Assembly (NCBI GenBank): GCA_032718475.1
Contig: JAUCBJ010003661.1
Span: 1-47,726 of the forward strand
Direction: 5' to 3'
DNA length: 47,726 nucleotides
Source of the DNA: Nemertoderma westbladi
Taxonomy: Eukaryota; Animalia; Xenacoelomorpha
In this document: piece after piece, positions 35,257 to 47,726 of the stretch
How the letters are laid out: every line of letters begins with the position of its first letter
Numbering within the stretch: position 1 is the stretch's first letter
The notes under the pieces: model-generated
The model's input: only the letters and a program-made list of their open reading frames with translations
Told to the model about the DNA's origin: nothing
Database searches by the model: none
Position numbers and translations under genes: made by a program

Positions 35257-36539
35257 TAAGAGACACGACGAGTATATCTTTACCAAAATATATATATTGC
35301 GGCCGTTCTGTTTTTAGTTCGGGGTGTTCTGATTCGTTTCTTCATTGAAATTGAATCTAGATTTAAAATTTGGTTGCGCTGTTAATTTTGGTTGAGAAGA
35401 GAAATGCTTCATACAATTAATTTATGTAGGTCCTAATAGTCGATTAATTAGTATATCAACTGTAACAAAACCGTCTCCATATAATTTTACAGATAATTCT
35501 GGCCAATTTTAGTGAGGCCATCTACAATTATATATCATATTACTTAACGTAAATCGAAAAACTCAAATCCAGAGAACTTTTTTCATTTATATAAGATAAT
35601 TAAATATAATATTTGGAATCCAATCTGCACGTCAAATAAAACGAAATAAAGGTAAACACATATTATCAAACATTTAAAAGCTGTTACAGTAAAAAATATT
35701 CGCTATAAATTTTATCATTAAAGCTTCGTGTTTGCTTATGAGTGAGTGTCACATTATTTGTCATAGAGGGGTAGGGGGTTTCACATACAGCTGTCATCTT
35801 CCTATAATTACACGCTTCTTCACTTACAGTTAAACTTGTTGTTAGAAGTCCTTCACGATTTTATCGTAAAGCTGCGGATACAGTAGTAACTATAAAACCA
35901 TATTGATTGAAAGTCAACGGTGGATTAAACTATATACTGAAATTGTGTAGGAAGAAACACAAAGCCGAAACATCCACAATTGATACAGGCCCAACCGGAT
36001 GATAGCTGATGGTTTGTAAGCCAAAGAAATGTTTGACTGACTGCCCAGCACGAAGCCACAACATACCTTCAAACATTCTGGGCTCAATTAATGGAATCGA
36101 TGATGAAGACAACATGCCTGTATCGACCAACTCGATAAACTGGTTACATTTCTATTAAGTGTTTCGATTGCGCAACGTGTGCGGTGCGTGCATTATGTAT
36201 AGAATATAGGAATGTAAAAGAGGTAAATTAACGTATTTCCGACTAGTCAACCCCCCATCATCCCTTTTATTACATTTTGTGTCACCTCACCTTCACCGGA
36301 ATTAAAATGCGAGACATTCTCCCGACGGTGACCTTTGTCTACATGGGCTCGTCTCCTATCATTGCGGCTTATATATTTCTAACTTCCTTGAATCATTCAT
36401 ATGGGGATGAGGTTTTGTATTTAGTTGCATTATAGTTGTATATAATTAGGCTTAGCCTGACTCTCGTCGGCTCTCCAAAAGAAATTGAATTGAATGTAAT
36501 TGGGAGTGAGATATATATTTGGTTCGAACTCTACAGTTT

Positions 36540-36785
36540 GCGGGCGAGAAACGAAGTAAGCGAACTTGGTATACGTGTACCACTATTCCATCCAACCGTT
36601 GTCTGTCGGTCTGTCAGTCGCTATGTCTGTCTGTCTGTCTGTCTGTCTTTCTGACTGCTAATAATCAAGTCAATCTTTGATTACAATAAACCAAACTAAC
36701 TTTGAACATATATATTGTACTCTATGTTCTATGTCAATGCCCCTCAGCAGTGGTCCCGTGTGCTCAGCTTGCTTACTTCGACCAG
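36540..36785 (+). mobile_element. DINE-1/HINE-like non-autonomous element
   Basis: Short inverted repeat CGAAGTAAGCGAACT (36551) / AGCTTGCTTACTTCG (36766) enclosing (CTGT)n; partial second copy at 18925-19022. Confidence 0.45.
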
Positions 36786-37059
36786 CGGAAGGCAACTCGA
36801 AAGTGTTGTGCTGTATACCGTTGATCGCACCGTATATATACTGACCTCATCTCCCAAGTAGGCTTAGGTGCTCTCGTGCTTAAATCCTGCGTCGAAAATA
36901 TAAATGTTGGAATTTACGAATACGAAAACACTTTTCAGCGTTTAAACTAAACGCTAAAAAGAAAAGGCGACAAAACCAAAAGTAATTTTACAGCTCATCA
37001 CTTTGATGAAGCCGGATTTGTCAATGCATTCTTAATTTTGTCTTCGCTCGAGATACTGA

Positions 37060-37252
37060 ATAGTCACGTACATCCAGTTCGATTCGGAAATGTAATAATG
37101 TTAGTGGTACCCTGTAGGTCTTCTAGCGTATTATTAATCTATTACCTATGCGTTGTTTTCACGACGACTTTCATTTATTCATTAAATTTAGTTAATTGCG
37201 CTGTGAAAATCAACATTCGACACGATCCAAACACTAATGAAAATTCCACTTA
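37060..37252 (+). repeat. Dispersed ~200-bp repeat, copy 2
   Basis: Homologous to 16230-16443 with small deletions. Confidence 0.75.
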
Positions 37253-37402
37253 ATTATAACATTTAGGTTTCTCTATTTTTTGCAAGGAACGATATTAGAA
37301 TCTCAATTAAAATAAACTTTGCCAACCAACAAGCTCAAAGGTCGCACAATGCTCCAACGAAACCTACCAACATACTGCACTATAATAATGACAATCGCGG
37401 AA

Positions 37403-37467
37403 GTCATGGGTGATAGGGTGTTGTGGTGATGCAAAGTTTGCCGGCATCATAAGCCGGCATCATTATA
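37403..37467 (+). mobile_element. Old fragment of the RTE-type LINE 3' end
   Basis: GTCATGGGTGATAGGG.GTTGTGG.G.TGCAA...ATAAGCCGGCA...TGCAATGCA.CAT matches 29682-29767. Confidence 0.6.
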
Positions 37468-38799
37468 AAATAGTTGCAATGCAACATTATATATAGATAG
37501 CTATATGATATGATATGATTCAGATTAAAATAGGCCTAAATGACGCAACAGCACAAAAGAAGTAAGACCTACTCCTATAATACAATCCTATAATATGTAG
37601 AGAAAAGATAATAATAAGAATGATTAATATTTATAAATAAACACATCAAATATCACCAGGGACAGTTACCACATACTACCGGTATGCGTCCTGGGGAGCG
37701 ATCAATTTTAATTGCGTCAAAGACCCCCTCCTCTGGGATGATGTAATACATCATTATAAAAACTAAAATATTTCATACTATAAATTAAAACGATTAAGTT
37801 ATTAATATTTTATCCACGATTATGTAAATACATTCGCAGTTTATAATCTTTACTTGGTATTGACTATTGTTACAATAGACCAAGGGAATATAGCCTATAT
37901 TATTGATAGTCTACCAGAACCTTAGCTAAGCTGAGTATAGCCTTAACATTCTATGAGGCGAAAAATATGGCTAAATTCACCCGACAAATTATGCTTAAAA
38001 ACGCACCACGTGGGTGCTAACTAACTAATCGCAAACAATCATTGAACTAACAATAGCTATTTCACTCTGAGCAAACAATTCAACCACATCATGGTGTTGA
38101 ATGCACCCACAGGAGGCTGTAGCCGGAGTTTAATGGAACCCCGTTGGCCACCCGGCCCAGGGAGTCAAGTACTTTTCGCTTGGAGCGCCACTGAGTGCTT
38201 AAAAGCTGAGAAAAACTGTTGAAACATGACCATGGGCATGTAATCATTCTTTATACTGTTTTGGTTAAACACAATAAAATCGTCTTTGGAGACTTTCTAT
38301 AGCTAGCTAATCGGACACTCAAAGATTTCTAAAGCAATGTCCACCTCTGTCTAATTAGTGGGGCAGCTGGTAGCTAATTGTGTGTTGTAGAAGCCAGCGG
38401 GGCCTCAATTACTCCAATAATGTGCGCGTTGTAGAGGCTACTTGTACCTATGGTAACAATAAAACGGCCGAAACGTTCTTCATTTCAATTTTCATTGTCA
38501 CGTTGCGACATGGTTGGAAATGTAGCCCTAACGGTGGCAAGGTAAGCGGTGCCAAGTAATTGTTCTCAAAATTGTTAACCATAATATTATTGATAATTGA
38601 AAACAAACCGTCGATGTTATGCAGAATATAGTTGAAGTTTTACTATAATTTTTTTTCGGAATTTTTAACTTTAAATAAAAGTTAGACTGACTACCTATCT
38701 TGTGTAAATTTACGATCTTTGTCTTGAATATTTCATCATTTAATTGAAAAGTTGCATCGCATGGATTATAAATTTGTAGTTATATCCGAACAGATATTG

Positions 38800-39371
38800 A
38801 CATTCGATATGACAAGACACTACCTATAGAAACAGGGGACTTCACACCTACCAAACTCCAAAGAAGCATTAAAACCATGTCCAATAATAAAGCGAGGGGA
38901 TTAGATGAAATCCCAGCGGAGGTATGGAAAACAGGAGTGCTAAACAGACCATTACTGAATGTTTGCAACCGGATGTTAAAAGGGGAAAAGCAACCACCAA
39001 TTTGGACTAAAGGTCAACTAAAGCCTCTTCCCAAGAAAAGATACCTCGGTATACCAACAGACTATCGTGGGATCTGTCTGCTTGTGGTAGCTGCCAAAAT
39101 ATAGAATAAAATGATTCTATATAGGATTAGGCCTCACATAGAGAAACTACTGCGTAAGAGCCAAAACGGATTTCGACCAAATAGATCAACAATAGCTCAG
39201 ATATTTGCACTACGGAGACTGATTGAAGGAATTAAGTCAAAGAATCTTCCCGCAGTCATGACTTTTGTGGACTTCAATAAGGCATTCGACTCCATCCATA
39301 GACGTAAAATGCTTGAAATCCAAAGAGCTTATGGAATACCAGAAGTAATTGTTGCTGGCATTGGATTGTAA
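38800..39371 (+). mobile_element. RT N-terminal fragment of a second RTE-type LINE family (pseudogene)
   Basis: NNKARGLDEIPAEVWK, PLPKK...DYRGI.L, AAKI*NK (nonsense codon), QNGFRPNRST, FVDFNKAFDSIHR. Confidence 0.88.
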
Positions 39372-39632
39372 AAGCCATGTCAACACTTCGAAAGGAATTT
39401 AGTGCCCATGGCAACACTTCGAAATAATTAAATAATAATAATAAAATAAATGAAAACTAAGTTTCTTATATGCTATTGTTACCATTTAATTATATTGTAA
39501 TTAGGATAAAATTAAAGCCAGTGAGATATTATGTTTCATGATACACTGACTATGCCTGGATATCATTTACTGGGATTCCCAATGTTTTGACGTTGATTTA
39601 AATCAGCAATAACTTATTACGGCTGCTCTGTC

Positions 39633-41210
39633 CAGGGGACCACCGAGGCCAGATACATTGGGGGGTGTCAACTTGCTTACTGGGCGGAATAGCCAACCAA
39701 CCACCAAGGTTAAGGCTGAATCACCAGCTGATCGCCTCAATGGTTGGAACTACTAGGATCGGCATGCTGCATTGCAGCTGCATTTTTAAGAATGCTGTGC
39801 CGGCTTGTCGACAAAATTGCACCGCCACAACTCCCTATCACCCATGACATTTGCTAGATCATCCGCATCTTCAAGGCCGATGTCCTTTAAGATGCGTCAC
39901 AAGAAAGTCATGGGCTGTCCACCATGCTTATTCACTCCATGAGACTGCCAAAGTACAAGATTATGCACTGGCTGGTCCTCACGGCGAAAGCAATGCCCTG
40001 CAAAGCGGAGGCGATTTTGTTCTAGTGTCAAGCTTGGGGGAACCAATGAGACACCTCCAATGTTATATAGTGTCTGGTTGGAGATGTGTGCATTGTACTT
40101 GACACAATGAACCCGGCGTAGCATTCTTGTGAATGTGCCATCCAGAGATTTGGTGTCCTCAGCAGTTAGAGACCAGCATGGACTCCCATAGAGGAGTACT
40201 GGAACTACTGCTGCTCTAAATAATCGGACCTTAAGTTTCCGATTAATTCTCGGTGACTTCCAAATCCTGGAAAGCCTATTCAGGGCTGCCCATGCCTTTC
40301 CCTTACGTATTCGAAGGTCCTCACCTGACTTTCGGATCCATGAACCCAGGTAACAGAAGTCGTCGACATGCTCAAGCATACCATCCTTTGAGCTTATACT
40401 CAGCCGGTCAGAGACTTGCTGATGATTTTCAAAGTTAACTGTCAAAATTTTGGTCTTTCTGGAGTTAATAAAAAGACCAACACTAGAAGCAGCATGTTAT
40501 AATGAGCTGAGGAGCCGTTGGGCTCCCTCTAGTGATTCTGAGAGTACTCCTAAGTCATAGCAAAGTCTAGATCAGTTAGGTACTTTGCAGGATTTCCTCA
40601 TTATCACGATTCTCATTGAATCGCCTGGGACCTAATCTACGCTTGTGGTGTCTGGAAAACTGTGCATATGAATCAATCTCATATGAATCAATCTTGCAAA
40701 TTGCTAGAACAGCGTCTATTTCTTTGTTTACATTGTCGTCTCTTCTGAACTGAAAGTCACAAGGGTATTCACTATGCTTTTTATAAAATCCAGACCATCC
40801 AATATGTTTGAATCTGTACTTTGTAAGCTAAGAGTTGACACATTCAGCAATCCCACTGCCTGATCATTCGTTTTCCTGTCACATACAATGACCCTGCAAC
40901 TAATGTCATTCAGTATAGCAATGTTCGCATCTAAACTAATCCAGACTGCAACAACAGTATGCAAAAACACGGCAACAGTACATGTAGCAAGAACTCTTAA
41001 CTGTACAGGCTCTAGGTGACCTGTGAGCCATGAATATGCAGTACTGACTGACGAAAACAATGCTAGAGCAAATTCCTTCATGTTTTTTTTTGAATTAATC
41101 ACATTCTCCAAAATTCTTCTGAATTTGTCAAATTTCTTCCTAATTTATCAGAACTTTGGGGGGCTGTCACCTGTCACACACCCCCACACACCCCTATAAA
41201 TGGGCCACTG
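39633..41210 (-). mobile_element. Deleted hAT DNA transposon interrupted by LINE copy 3
   Basis: Termini CAGGGGACCA / CAGTGGCCCA; 8-bp TSD GCTCTGTC (39625-39632) vs GCGCTGTC (41211-41218); 40728-41111 translates to a transposase-like stretch (DQAVGLL...LSLQSTDSNILDGLDFIKS). Confidence 0.55.
39749..40600 (-). mobile_element. 5'-truncated RTE-type LINE, copy 3
   Basis: Near-identical to copies 1 and 2; 182-aa RT C-terminal frame; short (TAG)n tail. Confidence 0.93.
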
Positions 41211-41492
41211 GCGCTGTCTCCGGTCTTAGGTAGATTTTTTAATTTCAGAGAATTCCTAGCTTTACAATATGGATAATCTCAAAGCGTGATCCAATGTCAT
41301 GATGACATGTCTCTCTATATCCGCTAATAGCAATGCGTCCTGATATTCAGGTAAGGTGGGGACAGTTTGGTAACTGTTGACCACGCACAACCAATGTGTC
41401 TGAAGGGTTCCACAACGGACTACACTACACAGTCGCATTACTCATTGCCACCCGAGTCTTGGAGAACTGATTTGACTGCAGACTTTATTATC

Positions 41493-41697
41493 TATCACGG
41501 AAATTCCTGACGACCAGCAGTGGTAACCAACAAATAATTATAAATAAGCGAATATTGCGTCCACAGGCCATTATTCAACGTTAAACTTGGTAAAAAATGC
41601 ACGCGAACGCGACAGGTACCGGTATAAACTTGCAATATTCGCTTATTTATAATTATTTTGTGGTTACCACAACTGGTCTTCAGGAATTCCCGTGATA
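41493..41697. mobile_element. MITE-like foldback with ~66-bp inverted repeats, TA at both outer ends
   Basis: TATCACGGAAATTCCTGACGACCAG...AATAAGCGAATATTGC and its reverse complement at 41632-41697. Confidence 0.75.
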
Positions 41698-43422
41698 ACA
41701 ATGATACTAACGGTAACCAGGGCCAACCAATTAAGTAAAAGACAACCTGCTGGAGACAGAAGGATCACAGCAAAATGTAGACAGACACCTTACTTACACC
41801 AATTTCAACCATTCGCCCACAGCAATATTCACCCGATAAATAATTATAACTTAAGTTATTGTGTTGCTGGTTATTATGAAACTGTAGAACTCACCTGTGC
41901 TATTGACTACGGTTTATTGTTTAGGTTAGAATTACATGCCTCTGTTCTGTAACCTGCTCTTTTCCCTTTATTGATTGGGCGAAGATTGCCTGCTGAGAAT
42001 GGTTTCTCTCGGGCGAAAGTTGCCCTTTATGAGGGCGAAGGTTGCTCTGGAAGAAGATTAGACGGATATGAATTAAGCTTTCTGAGTACCGTTAGTTCAG
42101 CAGTACAGCCATGTGTCATGGGATTACAGGTGGAGTTCGTAGGAGCAATCTACTGAATCTTGGCCTCACGGCTCACGCAGTACGAGTGCGAATGTTCCTC
42201 GTGCTGCGCGAAGGCCTCACCTACTCGTTTTACGAAGTTGCACATGGACAGTTTAAATCAATATATTTGCTATTTACAGTTTGCAATACAACCTAAAGGT
42301 TTCTGTCAATAGACGGTCGCGCACATAGCCCTAGCCTGCAACCGGCCCTTAATAATCCAGACATACGTATAAAGGGATTTATAATTTACGATAGAGACCG
42401 CGTATATAGTGCAATAGGCCTGCCGCCCGCCCAACAACTCACTAAAAGGGTTCACTAATCTTCTTTAACAAACAATGCTCACCCATACTGGGAGCCCCCA
42501 TTCCATCTGTGCTGTGTTTAACCCCAGTTGTCTCAATATTTATGGTTCAATCAAGCTTGAAATCCTAAATAGGCGATTAGAGATCAGGTAATGGTTTCGG
42601 TTGTTTGTGGGTTTACCGAGCCTTCCACTACCGGTACCGGTAGTGTAAGGCTAGCTATGCTATAACTACAGTATATACTATAGCTGCACGCCACTGCGGT
42701 GAATGGGCCCCTTTCTGAGTCATTTAAAAGGATTGAAATTTCGTTTGTCAATAATAGTAATATGAATATATAGACACTTACATTTATCTTGTGTAGATAG
42801 TGTTTAAATATGGGGTGAGCCACGTATTAAACTTGAGCATGTGTGAGCCAGAATTTTTATTTTTGGTTTCATTCTTTAGCTACAAGCGCTAAAAATAGTG
42901 TCTCCTGCGATATTGCACCAGTTACACCGCAGTTATTCTTCATACATGCAACATTCGAATGGCCATTTCTCAGCTATTTCCCAACCAAATTCAAATATTT
43001 TTACATTGCAGATAGATCGGATTTGAAACCGTCACCAGTTCATGGCGAACGGAAATTATACCGAAAAGTACCATAAAGATAAGAATCAGATTCATTAGCG
43101 ACGGAGTTTCTAACCAAAACAAGAAACTATCGTCCTTCAAGAATGGTACGTACCAATAAATTTTAAAATTAAACAAAATAAATAAACGACAAAGAACATT
43201 AATCTAATATTTTATAGTACAATCTACTTTAATTCTACTCTACTTTACTATAATATCTATTTTATTTACTCTTAAATCTGATTTTCCTTGATCCGTGAAC
43301 GATAAGTAAACGGCAATAAATAATGATGCCGCAATTAAATCCCAACTTTACAGACACATATTCCGTCGCTATAAGATGTATTTCGCGGTCTTTTTCAAGT
43401 TTGCGTAATCTAAAAGTTATAA

Positions 43423-43638
43423 CTAAGTGGAATTTTCATTAGTGTTTGGGTCGCGCCGTTTGTTGATTTTCACAGCGCAATTAACTAAATTTAATGAATA
43501 AATGTAAGTCGTTGTGAATGTAAGCAACACCTAATATAGGTAATAGATTAATAATACGGTAGCATTAAAGAAGACCTACAGGGTACCACTAACATTATTA
43601 CATTTCCGAATCGAATTTCCGAATCGTACGTGACTATT
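43423..43638 (-). repeat. Dispersed ~200-bp repeat, copy 3
   Basis: Reverse complement of 16230-16443. Confidence 0.78.
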
Positions 43639-45010
43639 TCAAATGTCAGCGATCTGCCAAATTATAGGACAAGCAAGAGGAACAAGGGGACGGGACATCT
43701 TTTTGGTTTCTATATGTAAAAGTGTACATTTGTTCGTATTTTTAATATTAGTTTCAATAAAATTAAAAAACCAAAGTGAGTTTGGGATACATGCTTAATC
43801 TGTATGAAGGTATACAGTTACTGCACAATCATATCATCTTATATACGGAAATTGAATTACACCCATGGTCAAATTGACTGCTGTAATAGGAGCTAAACCA
43901 CAGTTCATCATAATAAATTTACCGACATTTAAAGGACACCTCTCCTATTCCTACGAAGTCAATCGTTATACAGAGAACAACATATAACGCAATCAACAGG
44001 AACAATTGTGTTTACTACCCGACGAAAAGAGAAACGATTCACGAAACGAAATCGAGTTTAAAAAATCATTTCAACCACGGTTGTAATCAGAATAATTCAG
44101 TTAATTATATTTTCTGTGAATATGGGACCATAGCATTGGCCCTATGGCCGTGATCTAATCATGGTTTCCTTACTAAAAAGGTGGGATTGTTTGTTGAGCT
44201 GGGTGTTAATAAATTCTCGGCAGCTCTCAACAATTCTCTGACGCCGCATGTGTGTCTGAAAATATTAGTTGACCCAGTTGGATGTTTGAGCTGTTATTTT
44301 CGAGAACAATGCTTTCAAAGGGTTAGGCGTACCTCCCAACATGGACTTAGTTCTATATTGAAGCGTTAGTGAGTGGTTAATACGAGTGGCCGCAATAGGG
44401 TGAACTGATTTTACACTTCAATGAGCATGGATGGATTGATCAAATTTAAGAGTGAAAAGCAAAGATAATTCTATTGTATCAGGTTTATTAGTTTCAATTA
44501 TATTTGCGTTTTATTACGATTGGATATTGAACATCACACGGGTGTTCTGTGAATTAGTTAACGGATTTGATATCTTTTTAATTATAATTTAAACCTAATA
44601 TTTCGCTAAGTCGTATTCACATGAAGGAGAACTAATAACACATAAATTCTGAATGGCAACGCTAAATTAATAATCTAAAAAGTTGGAAATTATATTATAG
44701 ATTCGTTATATTTTATTTCACGGAGTATTTTATTGCAATTTCCTAGTTACTCGACCAAATATCCGTGCTATGCCACAGGCTACGCGAGGGACTAGATAGT
44801 GGTCTGAGATCTGACACGGGTCTTACCAATATCCCCAAAACTGATCACATTTATTGTCGTGTAAACCTAACCAGGTCATTGGACAGTCATCATTAATTTT
44901 TGATACAAAATACGGAAATTAATATTTGACATTATCTCAGATACGACATAGAATTCGATACGAAAAATACCAAAATTGAACTCCTTATCGTATCGACATA
45001 CAGACAGATA

Positions 45011-45237
45011 CGCCCATGTGATGAATACCAGGATTTCACTTTTCGGTCGACCTTTTATTGGAATTTTTTATATGAAGATTTTTTATTTTTGTTTAATTTA
45101 TCTTAATTAAGTGTTTTATAGCGCTTATTTCTGTCTTGTAACCTGTACATATATACTAATTAGTTTATTGTTTTGGTTATATTCAGCCCTTCTGTAACCT
45201 GTTTTTTGGTGAAAACCTGGTATTCTTCACATGGGCC
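45011..45237. mobile_element. MITE, 227 bp, ~24-bp TIR, 8-bp TSD (Merlin-like)
   Basis: CGCCCATGTGATGAATACCAGG / CCTGGTATTCTTCACATGGGCC; GACAGATA at 45003-45010 and 45238-45245. Confidence 0.8.
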
Positions 45238-45929
45238 GACAGATATACACACAGACATACAGCTATTCACACATACACAAATAACAACCAAATAATGATA
45301 TTAAATAGAACTGCAACCGGTATTGACTCTTGTTTATTGCTTTGGTTAGAATTGCCAGCCAAATTAACCTATTCTATTTTAGAGGCTCTACTGCGCTGTT
45401 TCCCCCACCTAAACATAAATATATTTGTCGATACTCTCTAGGAACAACAGATGGCGTTACAAACAGACAATCTTGAATAGGTACTTTCTCATTAATTTGC
45501 ATCACTGCAGGGAAGTACAGTACGACAATAATAATTTAAAAATACATAACTTTCAATCAAATTAATCATAAATACAAAATACAATATAATATTAAAATCA
45601 ATTTTCATTTCCCACCACCAGAAGAGTATTTAATATGTTGCTTAGCAATGGATGTACCGGTACTAAAAAACGGAGGGAAATTTAAAAACAAAAATAATAC
45701 AGTTGTTGGTAGGCCTAACCGACAGGTCGGGGAGACTTGTTTGCCGCTTCAATTACTGCACCCAGCCACCCGACAATAATAATTGCTTCCCGGACAAAAA
45801 TTAATTAAAAATATAATAAAAATAATAATTACCCCAGAGGAGAATTACAAAATAATTATGGTCGTTCCTAATTACCTATCAAATTCCTAGATTGTCACAA
45901 AAACGTATATATTTATTTGTCCATCCTAC

Positions 45930-46048
45930 CATGGCCTACTATATATACGGTGTAACAGGTTGTCGATTTGGCCTTAAAAAAACTGGCCTCTTTTTTTAAG
46001 GCCAAATCAACAACCTGTTAGGCCGTATATACTGTATAGTAGGCTATG
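45930..46048. mobile_element. Hairpin MITE, 119 bp, 7-bp TSD (P-element-like CAT termini)
   Basis: Almost entirely palindromic (CATGGCCTACTATA...TATAGTAGGCTATG); ATCCTAC at 45923-45929 and 46049-46055. Confidence 0.8.
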
Positions 46049-47726
46049 ATCCTACTGTAAAGTAAAAAAACAAGAAAAACTATTACAACACATATCCAAT
46101 GTTCATTAATCATTATTGTTTCTGCAGGGTGATGCTGGGCTTGTTATAACATTAGATTTGCATTTTCTCATTAATAATACAGAATCCATATGTTTTTGTT
46201 AACACTGTCATTCACTACTAATAAACAATGTGGCGCAGGCTTTAATCCTTCATAACTTCCCCAACTCACGAATTTACAATTTAAAATAGTCCAGGACCAC
46301 TAAATCGACTATTGTGCGTCGAATGAGCCTAACATCACCTTTCCAATGTGAGTACGTACTTTTCTCAATTCCAGACATCGGTCAAAAAATTACTAATAGA
46401 CGCAGTATTAATATTTGCAAGTTCCCGAGTGTTTTACGGTCTCGGTTATCTTATACTGTAGCTTAGTGAAATGAACAATTTCGCCTAAAATTTATCCTCA
46501 AAATCCACTTTTTTTTTCTCTCAATTAATGTTTTATTACGTTTTATATTTACGCATGAATCTAAAAATATCTAGCAAATGGAGCAAAATATCCTATCTAA
46601 CCTATCCCGTAGGTAGGCATTTCGCAAAATGTCTTACACATATTATTTCAACGGCAAAGTGGCTTATTAGTGACTTTACCAAAACAGACTATTCTAAAGG
46701 CATACCGTAATTAATATAGAACTTAAACGGTTTTCTAAATAAAAAAAACCCTTTCATTATTTAGAGCATGCAAATTCATTTTTAAAACTTTTAAGATTTA
46801 ACTTCTAAGGTAGACCGTTTTCATTCACCCAGCGTTGAATACCTACCCGATAGGAGTACCACCCGTAGCACTTGGTACCTTTCTACTACGACGATAAGAC
46901 CCTCAGCATCAGCTAACAACTGTAGGCCTACCTAATCAACAACGACCATTATTTTTCATGTTTCCTTTAAAGGTAATATTAAAAGACTATAAATGTCAAT
47001 CTACGTAGAAACAAATACCACAAATGAGTACATTTGATATTATGGGAGTTGGTACAAAATGAAAACAAAAATTTAATATGGCTAATTATCGAACCCCCCC
47101 CCCCCCCCCCCCCTAGTGCGTGACATACAGTACTTTATGAACTATAGTAACATTTAAGATTTTAAATTTGTTATTTTAAATTTTTAGTTATAGAAATATT
47201 ACTAAACAAGTTTAAAAAATTTATAAATCGCTATTTTCATTTATGAATTTCACTAACATATTTAGAAAAAAACATATATTTAGAAAAACTTAAGCAACAA
47301 TATAGAAATACTCTGATACTGCAATGCAATAGGTGGCTAGGGAGCGATGAGTGGTTGAGTGCCGGTCAGGCAATCCACCGAGTTTACAATAATTGTGAAT
47401 AACATTTTATCAATCTTCCCCTTTATGAATTTAATTAATTTTAGTGTCAAAAGACGCGCAGGACTCTCCGCTTTCAATTGATATAAGCCACGTGTGAAAT
47501 GATTGAGATTTAAAGTGTATTTGAAATGTGAATCGATCGAAAATCTCTCTCCATATAGAAACCAAGATAAAAATTATCAGAGCACTGCTTAATGACGTCA
47601 AATATGTAGCAGCCAATCATAGCCGATTTTCAAAATTGGCTTCCCGCCCTTACTTAAACCCGCCATTTAAACAGATTCCTCGTGTTTTTACAAAAAACAC
47701 TTCCCACCACTCGATTCAGGGCACCT

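Noticed and set aside
35940-36090. Copia RNase H tail relic (MIADGL)
   Set aside because: A six-residue resemblance among stop codons, with no other Copia features.
47336-47390. tRNA or SINE head
   Set aside because: A-box-like AGTGGTTGAG only; no B box or cloverleaf.

Overview
AT-rich eukaryotic (animal, probably invertebrate) genomic DNA containing one host gene, a three-exon FoxD forkhead gene (31693-33401, +), in a dense field of transposable elements. 1-12510 holds two related BEL/Pao LTR retrotransposons joined tail-to-tail. The minus-strand copy has a 5' LTR at 11342-12510 and a long gag-protease frame from which RT, most of RNase H and integrase are missing. The 3' LTR (2315-3562) of a plus-strand relative is inserted into it. 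20271-27134 is a complete, recently inserted non-autonomous BEL/Pao element of another family (551-bp LTRs, about 6 differences, ATTAT target-site duplication). The rest includes four RTE-type LINE fragments, a tRNA-derived SINE, a hAT relic and several MITE or Helitron-like repeats. Most notable: neither BEL/Pao element has a tRNA (TGG) primer-binding site. In both, the bases directly after the 5' LTR are the exact reverse complement of a 9- or 11-nt stretch inside that LTR, the architecture of Tf1-type self-primed reverse transcription, which I know only from Ty3/Gypsy elements. All comparisons were made by eye.
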